DNA of 64,000 nt from Octopus vulgaris (Eukaryota). Within the stretch, counting starts at the first letter, position 1. The number at the start of each line of letters is the position of its first letter. The stretch covers positions 23,498,001-23,562,000 of the forward strand of contig OX597827.1 of assembly GCA_951406725.2 (NCBI GenBank). Reading direction: 5' to 3'. The translations under genes and the position numbers were made by a program. Shown here piece by piece: positions 13,978 through 28,682 of the stretch. A model generated the notes under the pieces. The model was given only the letters and a program-made list of their open reading frames with translations. It ran no database searches and had not been told where the DNA came from.

Positions 13978-14343
13978 CTAGCACTATGACCCGGCGTTGC
14001 CGGGTCATAGTGCTAGTGCATGCATATACAGCTGCGTACGTGCGCACATACACGCGAGTACCGTCCAAATCTCCGACCAATCACATACAGCTAGCTGGCA
14101 TTCAATTGACGTATCAAGTTTCGGGCATTTTGATTGGGTTTTGGATAGAAAATTCACAAAAAAGTCACTTCTATTGATTTTTTAATGGCTTTGCGGGGTG
14201 ACTGGGGAAATGTAAAGATGTACATAACCACCTTTGGATGGTTTTGAATGACCATAGGAAGTGCGAGCCCTCTAACTGAAAAATTGTGGATTTGTATAAA
14301 GAACACACACATAGACATTTTGCCGTTTATATATATAAGAAGA
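13978..14343 (-). mobile_element. Non-autonomous Helitron-like element
   Basis: On the minus strand: A|TC 5' end, GC-rich hairpin acccggcaacgccgggt, CTAG|T 3' end, no TSD. Confidence 0.75.
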
Positions 14344-14376
14344 TATATATACATGTATAGAATAAGGCACATAAAT

Positions 14377-14451
<75 letters not shown>

Positions 14452-14524
14452 AGAGATTGTGTATAAGTGTATATATATCTGTGCATAAATTTATTTTATA
14501 TGTGTGTGTATAGATATACGCATG

Positions 14525-14603
<79 letters not shown>

Positions 14604-14736
14604 ATGTATGTATGTATGTATGTATGTATGCAAAGCATTGTGAGTGGATTTGTTGGACGGAAACTGAAGATACAGCACAATATCTCAGATCAAGTCACTC
14701 GCTATGCAAGTACATCTCCGTATATATGCATATATA

Positions 14737-14778
<42 letters not shown>

Positions 14779-15082
14779 TGTGTATGTATGTATTTGTTTT
14801 GGTGTGTCTGTGTTTGGCCCCCTACCATCGCTTGACAACCGATGTTTGTGTGTTTACATCCCCGTAATCTAGCAGTTCGGCAAAATAAACCAATAGAATA
14901 AGTGCTAAGCTTCCAAAGAATAAGTCCTGGGATCGATTTGTGCCACTAAAGGCGGTGCTCCAGCATGGCCGCAGTCAAATGACTGACACAAGTAAAAGAA
15001 TATATTTATATGTGTGTATGTGTGTGTGTATGTATGTATGTATGTATGCATGCATGCGTATACATACAGATATATCTCTATA

Positions 15083-15118
<36 letters not shown>

Positions 15119-16079
15119 CGTATGTATGTATATCTGTATTTTACATATGTGTGTGTGTGAGAGAGTATGTATGTAGATTTACGTATACAATAGGGCAAAT
15201 ACAATAGCGTAGTGGTGTGATAAGAAACTTGCTTCCCAACCACATGGTTCCAGGTTCAGTCCCACTGGTAGCAACTTTGGCAAGTGTCTTTTACTCCGGC
15301 TTCGTGTCGACCAAGAACTTGGGTGGATCTAGTTGACGGAAACTGTAAGAAGCTACTCGTATATGTGCATGCATCTTTGTGTTTGTCCCCCACTCCACCC
15401 CACAACCACTTGGTAAATGGTATTGATGTTTTTGCAATCCGAGAATTAGCGGTTCGTCAAAAGATATTGATAGAATAAATGCCAGGCTGAAAAAATAAGA
15501 AATAAGAACTGGGGTCCTTTCGTTCGACTAAAAATTCTTCAGGGTTTTGTCCCAACATGGGCGCAATCTTGTGACGGAAGCAAGTAAAAGATTAAAGGTT
15601 ATCTTGACTACAGTATCAAATGTGTTCTTTTTTATTAAGGTAGCAGCATGTGGTGGCTTTGGGGAAGATTTAGTTGTTCTTTTCTGCATGTTGGGTGTCT
15701 ACGTACAGGTTCCCGCATTAGATCGCTTACAAATGAGCTAATTACCAACATGGACGTCAAATATGCAAATCTGTGTGGTGTAGGGAATATATATCTAAGA
15801 CAGGTCAAGCAGCCAATCAGCTAACGATTTTAGAGGTCATGTGATTTATATACGGTCGGGTCGTTAACCATAGTATAGATGTGAGGTTTGTAACTTGATG
15901 ATGATGATAATCTTTTCTGCTATAAACACAAGACCTAAAATGTTTGGGGAGGGGGCCAGTCGATCAGATCGATCCCAACTGGTACTTATTTTATCGACTC
16001 CGAAAGGATGAAAGGTAAAGTCGACTTCGACGGAATTTGAACTCATAAGGATTCTGCCAGCGCACCACCTTAATAATAA

Positions 16080-16157
<78 letters not shown>

Positions 16158-16163
<6 letters not shown>

Positions 16164-16366
16164 AGTTGTGGTCGCTGAAAAAGGTGGTAGTAGTACCAAT
16201 AATTGTCGGAGCCCTGGGAACAGGGAGTAAAAGTCTTGAGAAGTACATGAAACAAAAAGGAGCTGCAATAAGGGTGAAGCACTTGCAGAAAACAGCTCTG
16301 CTTGGAACGGCTCGAATACTAGGGATGGTCCTCGAAAAATAAGGGTGTTAGCTTAGTTCACTGGTT
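16158..16366 (+). mobile_element. R4/Dong-like 3' fragment after (AAT)n
   Basis: KLWSLKKVVVVPIIVGALG..LQKTALLGTARIL. Confidence 0.8.
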
Positions 16367-16373
16367 GTGAGAG

Positions 16374-17278
16374 AGTCACTTGTATTCGAAAGTTGCTTGT
16401 CCTTCACCTCACAGTCTTCTCCCAGCAGCCGTTCGGCACAAGCCCACAGGTCCGAAATGGTTGGTCACTGCACGAGTGTGTGCAGAACGGTTTCGTCGCT
16501 CCGACCGCATCTCGGGCAAGTCGGTCCGGTGTGTCTCGAACCGTGCCTGTAGAGCACTGCCAGGCCAGGGATCTCTGGTGATTGTACGAAAGTTGTCTTG
16601 AACAGGCGGGTCAGGTGTTTCTCGTTGACGCCCAGATTCTGCCCGAGAACGTCGTCGCACCTCCCCTCTACTAATCCGCTATAGAACGCTTTCGTGGAAT
16701 TGAAGTCGCACAAGTTTGGTCCCGGACGGCAGAGTTGCTTGGGAGCAAGGCGGCACTCGCGGTGCCATTCGCCTAGCCTTGGTCTCTGATTGATCCACGA
16801 CTGCAGTTCGGCCAAATAGACGAGCTGCGAGAAAGCGCGCCTCACAGACGGCGACGACACCTGTTCACCGTCGTCTATGAAGCGCCGGAGATATCGCAGT
16901 CTCAGCGCATGCCTGCGCATCATCAACCAAGGCATGTCTAGCCCTTCATTTAGCGGGTGTTGACAGCAAATGGATCGCCTAACTATCGGAACGCTTCCCT
17001 TCCACAGGAAGCGGAAGAGTATGCGTTCCAGTTTCGTGATGTTAGGGTCGGGACAAGGCACGACGGTCAGACGGTAATCGATGACGGATGCGACGTACGC
17101 GTTCGCCACCTCCGCCCGACCTTTTAGAGATAGCTTCCTCTCGGCCCATTGCTGGGTGAGAATCGCCACACTAGTCGTTATCTTGCCCCGGTTCTTCTCC
17201 ATTTGGAGGTCCGGACTGAACCAGACTCTGAGCAATTTAACCGGTCCGTCGGTCCAGCGTCCCACGATGGGGACATTG
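16374..17278 (-). mobile_element. L1/Tx1-clade LINE fragment (post-RT region and zinc knuckle)
   Basis: GC-rich ORF with WAERKLSLKGRAEVANAY, ILFRFLWKG and CPRCGRSDETVLH. Confidence 0.85.
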
Positions 17279-18018
17279 ATTGATAGATAGAAACAGTTGC
17301 GAATATATATTTATGCTATAAAGACAAACGATACTTGGGAAGCCATTGATAGTAGTGCGAATGTGTGAATACGTGTGCAAATATATGTCAGTGTGAATGT
17401 GTGTGTGTGTTGGAACAAGTATATGTCAATATTTGTAAGTATATAGTGACTCTGTGTGTGTGTGTGTGAGTGTGTGTGTGTTTTGTTGTATGTAATTGTC
17501 TCTGCCTCTGCACTTGAGTTTCCACACCTGCAGTGTGCATCTAGTTACCTGTATGCGCCTGTATAATATGTGCAACACATATTATACACACGCGCACACG
17601 CATACCAACATACATGCATGCATACATTCATACATACATATGTATGTATATGCACGTATGTCTCAGTGTATTAGTGCACGTGTATATATATGTATGTGTA
17701 TGTATGCACGTATACCTCAGTGTATGTTTGTGCACGTGTATGTATGCATGTGTGTGTGTGAATGTGTGCGCATGCGTGTGATCCGGGTACTAGAAAGTGT
17801 CGATATGATTTGAGATGGAGAAAGAGAAGTGGTGAGAGGGTTGGGGTCGGGGGAGAGTGTGGCGTTGATTGAGAGAGTGACCTCGATAGGTCAGCAGCTT
17901 CTAATTGAGCTGGACATCGGTCACTTCAGTTCTGACACATTCAATGGACAACAGAGCTTAACACTTGCCTTATTTCTGCTTCCATAGCTTCCTCGTCCAT
18001 TCACGTCGCTCGTGTATA

Positions 18019-18054
<36 letters not shown>

Positions 18055-18152
18055 TACTATATAGAGAAAGAGAGGGTATCGCAGAAATAGACAAACAGAC
18101 AGACAGGCAGACAGACAGACAGACAGACAGACAGACAGGCAGACAGGCAGAC

Positions 18153-18229
<77 letters not shown>

Positions 18230-18660
18230 GAGAAGTATGTGTACGTAGGAATTTCATACTGAATGTGTGTGGGGGGTACTTGAATTGTGTGTGTGTATGG
18301 GTAGCCGTGTAAAGGTGGGGGGCGTTTGTGTATGTCTTTGAGTGCGAAGTCCAAAGAACAATTAGAAGAGTAATTAAGAAGGCGATAAGTAAACGCGGAC
18401 ATTAAGTGGCTCCTAAATAATTGGTTGATGGACGTTTAATGTTGTTAATTGGTCGCAGCTTCCCATTTAGAAGGGAAGGTCACGTGTTCTACCACAACTA
18501 CCACCACCGGCATAAGTATTGGAGATGGTGGTGTTTGTAGTACGGGTGGTGGCAGTGGTAGTGGTGCATATGATATTATGGCTGGCATTGGAGGTGATCT
18601 GGTTGTAGTGATACTGGTGATGGCGATGCTGATGGGGTACCGTGATGGCTGATGTGGTTG

Positions 18661-18893
18661 TGGTGGCGAGCTGGCAGAATCGTTAGCACACCAGGCGAAA
18701 CGCTTAGTAGTATTTCGTCTGTCGTTACGTTGTAAGTTCAAATTCCGCCGAGGTCGACTTTGCCTTTCATCCTTTCGGGGTCTATAAATTAAGTACCAGT
18801 TACGCACTGGGGTCGATGTGATCGACTTAATCCCTTTGTCTGTCGTTGTTTGTCTCCACTATGTTTAGCCCCTTGTGTATAGTAAAGAAATAG
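18661..18893 (+). mobile_element. tRNA-derived SINE family B with a Deu/Nin-domain-like core
   Basis: ggcgagctggcagaatcgttag..gttcaaattcc..gcctttcatcctttcgggg..ataaattaagtaccag. Other copies at ~10170-10320, 15920-16070(-), 23630-23850, 46590-46770(-) and 47370-47540(-). Confidence 0.8.
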
Positions 18894-19084
18894 GTTGTGG
18901 TGGTGTGCAGGAAGTGATAGAATGCTTCAATAGGGTTCGTAGTTGTGATAAATAAAGGTTTTAGTGAGAAGGGGAGTTAGTTCACATCCCTTTCATACAG
19001 TTCACGGAAGCTGTAGCTCTTGGACACTCCAATGAGTTCTCCACAATTAAGGCCTTCACATCTACACGCTTGTTTATTTTTTTT

Positions 19085-19530
19085 ATTCTTTTACTAATTT
19101 CAGTAAGATATAGCAGCCATACTGGTGCGCCGCCATAAGCGTAAATGTTTGTTTATTTTAGGTTCACTTCTTGACCCCGTCTCCGGAATCGGTCTTGGTA
19201 AAGAAGTGAGTTGCACAGAGCTGCCCTCATCTGTGTTTCTTGTCGTAATGTTGCTTTATCTGGTCGATCAATTTCCTTCAGTTGTTTTGAACATATCCAT
19301 ATAACACTCCTCGTGGTCCCCTGAGGCCTTTTGGTAAGGCGTTATAGACCATTCAACCCTAAACTGTTACAGTATTGAATCCTTCTTCTGGACGGAGTGG
19401 ACAGGACTTTTGGGTGTATGCAATGGCGTCCGGTCCGGTGATTGATATAGATTTCAATCCCAAAGTTGATTGCTAGATCTCTCGGAATCTACCATTTCTT
19501 CACCTCTGATTAGAACCCAATGCTTCAGGA
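19085..19530 (-). mobile_element. CR1-group LINE 3' end
   Basis: NFGIEIYINHRTGRHC..QMRAALCNSLL remnants. 3' tail ggcggcgcaccagtatggctgc..ctgaaattagtaaaagaa. Confidence 0.6.
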
Positions 19531-19647
19531 TGTCCGCCCTTTTTTCAATCTACGGAGAAATAGCTTAATTGACCTGCTTTATATATCAATTATATAGGTT
19601 ATAAATAAATAAATAAATAAAAACATATATATATATATATATATATT

Positions 19648-19688
<41 letters not shown>

Positions 19689-20938
19689 ATTACAGATATA
19701 GGGTGAAACATAATTAATTTAATAAAATCAACAAATTTCACCTAGTAGTATTTCGGTATGGAAAAGGACCATATTCAGTAAAAATTTATATAATTATAAT
19801 AATAAGGGTTTTTTGCAACAAGTTGCTTAAACCACATACCGAAAATTTTAGAAATAGCAGCCAAAAGACTACTATTTCCTTTTACCACAAAAATAAGTCT
19901 CCACAGACAACAATATTTGTAACTCAGATATGGCAAAAAAAGAAGAAAAATAATGAAATCACACAGTCTTCGGTTAATTATGGTTAATTATATAATACAA
20001 AATGGGATAAGAACGCAAAACATCCGGTCAGTTAGGTGATACAAACATGTGATAACAAAACACACGCCAGCTTAATTTAATTCGTCCTTAGTCGAAAGAC
20101 ACCTGTTGTTATGTCCTGTTATTATTATTTTTATTATATTTGTGTAACATTCTCCGTTTTTTTCCGTCCTTGTTTATATATATATATAAACGAAGAAAGC
20201 GTTGGTGGCTCTGGTGGTGGTGTTTGTGATACTGATAATGATGATGGTTACGATGACAGGAATTGTGTGACGTGGTGGGTGTGCTATAGTTTAGCATCAT
20301 GTAGTGTGGTGCCTGTGGTGCCGCATGGTGCCGCGTTGTGAGGAGAACTATTGTTAGGAGTGATGGAGGATCATGGTGAGAGCATTGTGTATTTCGGAGG
20401 GAGATGGATTGTTGCTGAGCGACGGAGTGGTGTTACGTAGGTGGGGGTGTGTGGTTTGAGAGTTGATGGAGATTTGTTCATCCATAAAATGAAAGGATTA
20501 CAAGATTAATAAATTCAGAATCCAGTTACCGTGTCGAGAAAACAAACGAAAACAATAAACAATATGGGGGAAATATTGGAGGGATAAGTAAGTGCGGGGC
20601 GGGGAGAGTGAAGGAGCGGACATAGCAGCGAGGGAATATGACGAGATGATGATGAAGATGATGATGATGACGCTGATGATGATGGTGGCGATGGTGCGAG
20701 CGTATTGGTGGTGGTTGTGATGGCAGTAGTAGTAGTAGTAGTGGTGGTGGTGGTGGTGGTAGAAGAATTTCTAACACAAAATCAATAGATTCTTATACAT
20801 ACACACATACATACATAATACTTACATACACGTGTATATACATGCACGTGTACTTACATGTATAGACACACACATTTAACTAACTTTATTTATCAAGCAT
20901 ATATGTACATTTATATAGATATGTATATATAGAGAGAC

Positions 20939-20974
<36 letters not shown>

Positions 20975-20988
20975 ATATATACATATAC

Positions 20989-21038
<50 letters not shown>

Positions 21039-21160
21039 ATAGTTCATAGATGAGAATCAGATGTTCTCCGTATAGAATACACTTATTTGAGCTGAAGAGG
21101 TTTGAACTTAAGAGGGTAGAGGACTATATTGACCTGTCTAACTTGCTTATACTTACATTT

Positions 21161-21202
<42 letters not shown>

Positions 21203-21317
21203 CGTACAAACATACATACATACATAAATACATACATACATACGTACAAACATACATACATACATACATACATACATACATACATACATACATACATACA
21301 TACATACATACATACTA

Positions 21318-21633
21318 AGATGGAGTAAAAATTAAAAATTGAGGAAATTGAAAATGCTTGCGGCCTAAAATCTTACTGTATATTATTTCTAGAAAAATGT
21401 TAAATTTTCGATTAGATCAGTCAAGAGTATTTACTACCTCAAACCCCTCAAACTCTGCTATTGTAAAAAATTTACAAAAGTCCCCAATTTTGGGAGTTTA
21501 GGGGTCTTGAGGAAGTAAATGCTCTTAATTGGTCTCAGATAAATTTTGGAATTTTTCTAGTAATTAAATATAGTAATATTTTAGTTCTCAGGCATTTTCA
21601 ATTTCCACAATTTTTTTAAATCTCACTCCACCC
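21318..21633. mobile_element. Fold-back MITE with TA flanks
   Basis: Long imperfect inverted arms (ggaaattgaaaatgc / gcattttcaatttcc; agagtatttactacctcaa / ttgaggaagtaaatgctct). Confidence 0.65.
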
Positions 21634-22240
21634 TAATATATACATGTATAGTTAATTACAACAACGGAGAAAAAACGACAAGAAGAAAAAACAGCGCGAG
21701 GACGTAGCACGTGCGCAGTATTAATGAGACCCTCAGAGAAAGAAAAGAGTGGGTGTTTTACGTTTCGCGCATAGCTCTTTTTCGGAAACAGAAAACATAG
21801 GAAAGTCCAAAAGTAAAGGAAGAAGGAGGAAAAAATTGCCAACAGTCCAGGTGTAGTTACATTTTTGAAATGACCGGAAGTGGATGGACAAAGAGAAAGT
21901 GCATTCTGGGACAGGAGAGTGTGAAGAATGGTTGGTATGTGTGTGTGAGAGAGTGCTTGTGTGTGTGTGAGTGCTTGTGTGTATGGGTGAGTGTTTGTAT
22001 GTGTGTGTGTGTGTAGTGGCATGTGTGTGTAATAGCGTGTGTGTGTGTGTGTGTGTGTGGTAGCGTGTGTGCGTGTGGTGATACACATGTGTATATATAT
22101 ATACATATACATACATGCATATATACATATATGTATACACACACACATATATATATATATACATATACATATATAAGATGTATGTCTTATGCATATGTAT
22201 TTCTATGGTTTTCTATATATACATATGTTTATACACACAC

Positions 22241-22283
<43 letters not shown>

Positions 22284-22472
22284 CATATACATTTATACAT
22301 TCATATGCACATGAACACACACACACACACACACACATAAATACATGGTCTGGTCTGTTGCCATACACACAGTAATCCACAAGGATTATTGGAATAGATA
22401 ATTTTAAGAAATTAATCAAAATCTTTCAACCATAACAAGTCAAGATGTCTATCAGATCTGATTCCATCCAAA

Positions 22473-22524
<52 letters not shown>

Positions 22525-24021
22525 TGTATGCAGATGCGTTGTGATGAGTGTGTTAGTGTATATGAGTATGTGCATGTGCGTGTCAGTGTGTGTATGTGTG
22601 TTAAGTGCGTATGTGAGTATGTGTACGTGTGTGTCTAAGAATATGTTTCATGGTGTGTGTGTGTGAATTGATGTGGGCTGATAAGTATGTTTGAGTTCGA
22701 TATTCGTGTGTGTATGTGCATGTATTCATTCTTATGTTGTTCTGTGCATTTTGGGATAGCCAGAATATATATATGTTTGTTTTGTGCGTGGGCGCGGGGC
22801 CTGGTGGTTAGTGTGTCGCACTCGCGATCTAGCTATCGTGGTTTCAATTCTTGAACCCGAGTGGTGCGTTGGGCTCGAGATCGCATCGACGCCTGACGCC
22901 TGGTACACCTGTGCACCTGTTCAGGTAACGTCGATTTCATGGTGTGAGTGAGCTAATATCACAGCATAAACATTTGATCACAATAAACGAATCATTTGGG
23001 TAGATTGTTCACCAAGAAATTGCAGAGCGTTATTCTTGGACAAGAAGAGACTACCATTAGCATCACTATTTCGATTCCAAATTTTTGGTTCTAGCAAGTC
23101 CGTTGGAGGGGACTAAGTCGATTACATCGACTCCAATGTTACTGGTTCTAAGTCATTACTAGAACCCAAACATCACCAGAACAGACCACAAAAGCAATTT
23201 GCGTGGCAGAGACTGTAATTCACACATCGGGTTATTCAGCCATACACAACGGTATTCAAATGGAAGGGACAACCGGGACATCTATTTTAATGACAGACGG
23301 AGGCCACAGATAACAGTTTATTTTGCGGTATATATACAAAGTTTAGGTTAGTTAAAATATGTTTACGACGTATTTCAGCTGCTAACAAACATATTTTAAA
23401 TAACCTAAGGTCACGCCTAGACACTGCTTCCAGCTGATATTACAGTAATATAGCTCAGTGGTTAGAACATCGGGCTCACAATCGTGAGGTAGTGAGTTCG
23501 ATTCCCGGACTGGGAATCGAACTCAGTTTGACTTGATGATGAAATTATAAATATTTGAGACACCCGTTGAAATTTCACGTCTTATAAACGTTCTTTACAA
23601 CATACTTTTATCATATTAAAAATATCAATTGCGGTGAGGTGGCAGAATCGGTAGAGCATCGGGAGAAACGCTTAACAGCATTTCTTCCGATTTGACGTTC
23701 AGAGTTCAAATTCCAAGGCCGATGTCGCATTTACCTTTCATCCATTAGGGGTCAATGGATAGTACTAGTCAACTACTAGGGCCGATGGACTCAAATTATC
23801 TCCCTCTCACGAAAAGTTCCAGGCCTTTTGCCTAGAGAAGAAAGGATTATATTAAGGATATCAATTGTCTCCGCTTTCCGTCCATATGAACGTTGGAACT
23901 TGTTTCATTATGTTTTCGAACCATAGTTAAGGCTATTAAAAGCGTAAAACCTGAACACGTCACAAAAGCAGAACATCACTTACATATACATATATACATC
24001 TATATACATATAACACACAAC

Positions 24022-24059
<38 letters not shown>

Positions 24060-25412
24060 AAGCATTTTCGGGATTGCCTCCCTACATACATATAAATGCG
24101 TGTTCGTAAATATGTGTACACATCTGAAACGATAAACTCTATCCCTGAACTGTTTACACGTTTATAAAAATCTTCTTTATATGGTTGAAAAGAGACAGCT
24201 TTCTTCGCCTTTATTCATCATAAGGCCTTGCAATTATAACAGCATGCAGAGTTGTTGTTTTTTTTTAATATACTTTTAATTAATTCACATCTCAATAGGG
24301 ATTACATTTCCAATCCACAAACACCTGTTCACATACAAACACGTGCACAGCACGCGCTCGAATTTTACCTACACGCGTGCGCACATGTGTGTGCGTGCGT
24401 GTGTGTGTGTGTGTGAGTGTTTCTATTAATAATCGAAACACTCGACCCTTGAGTTACCGTGTCTTCTGCCGATTATTGATAAAAAAAAACAAGTGTGTGT
24501 ATATATATATATTTATGCTCTTTAGAAAATTACTATTTTTAAATTTCACAACGAGAGATATTCAGCAACCGTACTTCGGCGTAAAGATTATTTGCCAACA
24601 TAACATGGCAGTCCTGATTTAGGACGAATGTTGCTGTAATTTTAGCCCCATGAGACATCATCTCCAGCTGGCAGTACGACACGATCTGTGTCCTTATATT
24701 TTCGAACAAGGGAATCTAGTACCCCACACTCAGCTCAAAATAATATTTGTGTATCGCGATTTGGGGGTTATTTCTCTTCATCTGCACGGAATAATTGTTC
24801 GGCTAGACGTGGCGCTGCCAAATTCCCGTTCAAAATATATAGTTTATACATATATATGGTCATGTTTTGAGATCTATTTTTCTGTTTGCATCACTAAACC
24901 TATGGATGGATGTTTTCCTCTGTTTATAATTATTCAAATTCTTCCTGTGATCAGGGTTCTGGTTTCTAATAAAGATACAAAGCTCCATAGTTGGAGGGTA
25001 GATAACGAAAACAATATCACGTTTTAAACCTGAGAAAATTTGTAAAGCGCGAGTTGTTAGATTTCTTTTTCTGAAGACCCTAGCTTATCCGGATTGTCAC
25101 ATATGTAATCTGTATGTATGTATGTATGTATGTATGTATGTATGTATGTATGTATGTATAGGAAAGAATCAGAATCGCAAGACGGATTCTTCAAGTCGAA
25201 CCAACCAGCAGGAGACTTACGGATAATCTCAAGAACAAACTGGTTGGATAATATCCATTGCCTCAGTTGGAAATCCAAGCGTAAAAGATTGGGTTTGATA
25301 GGACCAACCGTAAAGGGTCTGATAGGACCCTAAAGGGGAGATATTTGGGGATTCTATCCCCACGACTATCCCAGGAAGTGAACAAAAAAGATGGATGGAA
25401 GGATGAATAGAT

Positions 25413-25506
<94 letters not shown>

Positions 25507-25614
25507 TCATACATACGTACATAGATATATACATGCATGCGTGCATACATATATGTGTGTGCGTCTATATTTGTTTGTATGTATATGTTATATTTTATGA
25601 TTTCCTCTTTTCTC

Positions 25615-25925
25615 AGCGTTCAGCCATATTAAATGGAATCTGACAGATGAGCGAGCAGTTCATGAGAAAATGAATCTTCCTAGATTCCGCCTGGTTGGTC
25701 ACATTCTCCGTTTATCCGATCAACGGCATTTGTAAAAAATAAAATATGACTTGTTTACCACTGGTCAACAGGCATAAAAGGGGCTGGCCGAAAACCATTT
25801 GATGGCGAACATTTCAAGATGGCAGTCGACATCACGCGGAATGGATGTATGAGGAGAGCAGCCGACCGAACCCTGGTGGAGGAACCTTGCCGTCCAATGC
25901 ACAAAGCAGCACAAGAAGACCTAAA
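25615..25925 (+). mobile_element. RTE-like LINE 3' fragment
   Basis: RFRLVGHILRL, KRGWPKT and AADRT..WRNL remnants. Confidence 0.6.
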
Positions 25926-27237
25926 AGGATGAAATTAAAATTAATAGCAATGCATATTAACGCATGCGCACACACACATCAATGAACGAAACTAATACGA
26001 AGGCGACTGAAAGCATTTACACGTAACAAGTCTCTTCATGACTTCCATCAAATCTATGTAAAACTGGATTTTGTTAACGATTTTTGTTTGATAATGTTTT
26101 TCAAACAATATTTCATAATTTTTTTTTGGGGTGGGGGTTAATCCAACAACTTTTCTTCATTTTTTTTCTATAAATGTGTATGTTTATGCGTTTGCGCGTA
26201 TACATGTGTTCCTGTACGGGGGGGGGGCATAGCAATACCCTCCAGAATGTTCGTTATCTAGGCTTTTGTCCACATGTAGTCCAACAGAGGTCTTCTACGA
26301 ACATTAATATCTTCTTGAACAGACAGGAATGATTGCAATGAGGTTTTGTTAGCTGAAACTATTGCAGAATGTAACGTATAGAAAATAATGGAATCAAGAT
26401 TTTCTCTCCCGTTATCTGCAAAGCCATTTTCTACATATCTGCTGAATTTCAGCGTGGAAGGTGTTGATAAGCCATGGTGGAAGGTGTTGATAAGCCATTT
26501 AAATTTAATTTCTCAATTAAATTTAAATGTTGAAGTGAATCTAACGGTTTTTGTGTGTTTCTTAAATGGCTTATAAATACCTTCCACGCTGAAATTGTTT
26601 TCGTTCCAGCACACGATCTCAGATCAAGTCACTCGCTATGCAAGTACATCTGCTGAATTTGTTTTCCAGAATCGAAAAACTTTGTTTGAAGGCAGAATGG
26701 CATTTTAGTAACTGCGTTTCTTGGGGCTCCAACAAATCAACCGACAACTCCGTGAATTCTATTGATGGAGAGGTTTGGAACAAAAGTAGTATCGTTTATT
26801 TTTGATGGAACACATGGCCACGGCAGGGTTGGATTTCTGCGTGTTTTTTCCTGAAATATTTTCCTTCCGAGGAATCAAATATGAACTGAAGTAATTCATC
26901 GGGTGAATCTGGTCCTTCCGGAATTCGGATTAAATGAGATTTACTGTAAATACGAAAATGAGGGTAGGCTAATATTCCTCTAGTGCCTTCTTCCATGAAC
27001 ATACATAAACACACGTACATACATACATGCATGTATAATCCATCCATACATGCATACATAATACATATATACATGCATGCTTATATACATACATACACAC
27101 ATAGATATATACATTCATATACACACATGCATACACACACATACATGAATACATACACACATGTATACATACATTCATACATATACACACACACACATAC
27201 ATACATACATACATACATACATACATACATACATACA

Positions 27238-27270
<33 letters not shown>

Positions 27271-28086
27271 GCCTGGTGACTGCCAAATCGTGTGTGAGAA
27301 TGACCATCCCTAACAAATTACCTTATCCTAGATGTTAACGTCAATGGCTGACAGCAAGTCCTGTGAGGAAGTCTGAAGTCAGTAACAGCTTACACAACAC
27401 AGTTAAGACACTGACTTACAAAGCCAAAGAATCCAGAAACAAACAAGGACAAGATCTCTGGCGACATACTGGGGCGGGTGTTCATTCAGGATTTCCTTCT
27501 CCTAGAGAGAGATCTAAACAAAGGCTGGCTCGCTCCCATCTGTTGGTTGGCTGTTGACTCTACCGAGATTTTGGTGTCCTCGGTAAGCAACGAAAACCAT
27601 CCCCTTTATCAAACTGACTTGGTGGTGTTTCCAATTTAGTCGCCGACGGCCAGACGACGTGACAAGTTGTGCTGGGTTACATGCTATATACACACATACA
27701 CACATACGTACATACTGTGATTCTATATACATGCATCGTGTAGCTGGAAGAGTATCTAAAACAGACTAAAGTGTGTTTTTATATACGGCATTTCTGGAAT
27801 AAGGAGGTGTTACTTAGGTTTCCATTAAAGAAGGTGAATAAATTTGCGTGTGTTTGATCTCTGCGTGGCATTCACCTAATTGATAGGAAATTTGATTTAC
27901 ATATCTTTATTTCTAATGTACTGCATATGTGTATAAGCCTCGAAATGAGGAGTTGATAGACAGCCCACAACCGATGAAGGGTCGTTCATCGTATTACTTG
28001 TCCTGTTTTCCATTTTTTCTCTCGTTTTATGCGTATTTAACTCGTTTGTTTTCGTACTTGTTGTTTACTGTTGGTGACGTCCTGTA

Positions 28087-28138
<52 letters not shown>

Positions 28139-28249
28139 TGGTATCTAGAAGACCTAAAGAGTGAGACTGTCTTCCTATCTCCTCCTTTTCCATAATAATT
28201 CCTTATTTCGAACTCAAATATTTACCTCTGTTTAACCATCTCACGTCGT

Positions 28250-28295
28250 TCTCTGATGAAGGGATATCCATAATATCCTAGAAACAGCTGTAAGA
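28250..28295 (+). ncRNA. Minimal hammerhead ribozyme motif
   Basis: tct-CTGATGA-agggatat-ccata-atatccta-GAAAC-AGCT-GTA-aga. Confidence 0.65.
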
Positions 28296-28303
28296 CTATA
28301 TAC

Positions 28304-28682
28304 TCTTTTACTTGTTTCAGTCATTTGACTGCGGCCATGCTGGAGCACCACCTTTAGTCGAGCAACTCGACCCCAGGACTTATTCTTTTGTAAGCCCAGT
28401 ACTTATTATGCCGAACCGCTAAGTAACGGGGACATAAACACACCAGCATCGGTTGTCAAACAATGCTAGGGGGACAAACACAGACACACAAACGCATATA
28501 TATATATATACATATATACGACGGGCTTCTTTCAGTTTCCGTCTGCCAAATCCATTCACAAGGCTTTGGTCGGCCCGAGGCTATAGTAGAAGACACTTGC
28601 CGAAGGTGCCACGCAGTGGGATTGAACCTGGAACCATGTGGTTGGTTAGCAAGCTACTTACCACACAGCCACTCCTGCGCCT
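28304..28682 (-). mobile_element. SINE family A (copy)
   Basis: Reverse complement of family A. Further minus copies at ~29830-30035, 31060-31220 and 31285-31683. Confidence 0.85.

Noticed and set aside
17969-18000. Minus-strand [10 protein letters not shown] with a GC-type donor AG|GCAAGT
   Set aside because: It ends in phase 2, incompatible with the phase-1 acceptor at 10768, and is too short to support alone.
23450-23530. tRNA-like sequence (also 22790-22860 and 40360-40425)
   Set aside because: A and B boxes are present but there is no complete acceptor stem. These are SINE heads, not tRNA genes.
26796-26945. Minus-strand protein-like stretch IRIPEGPDSPDELLQFIFDSSEG
   Set aside because: It has an acceptor-like site but runs into a stop, with no donor or recognisable homology; more likely regulatory or UTR sequence.
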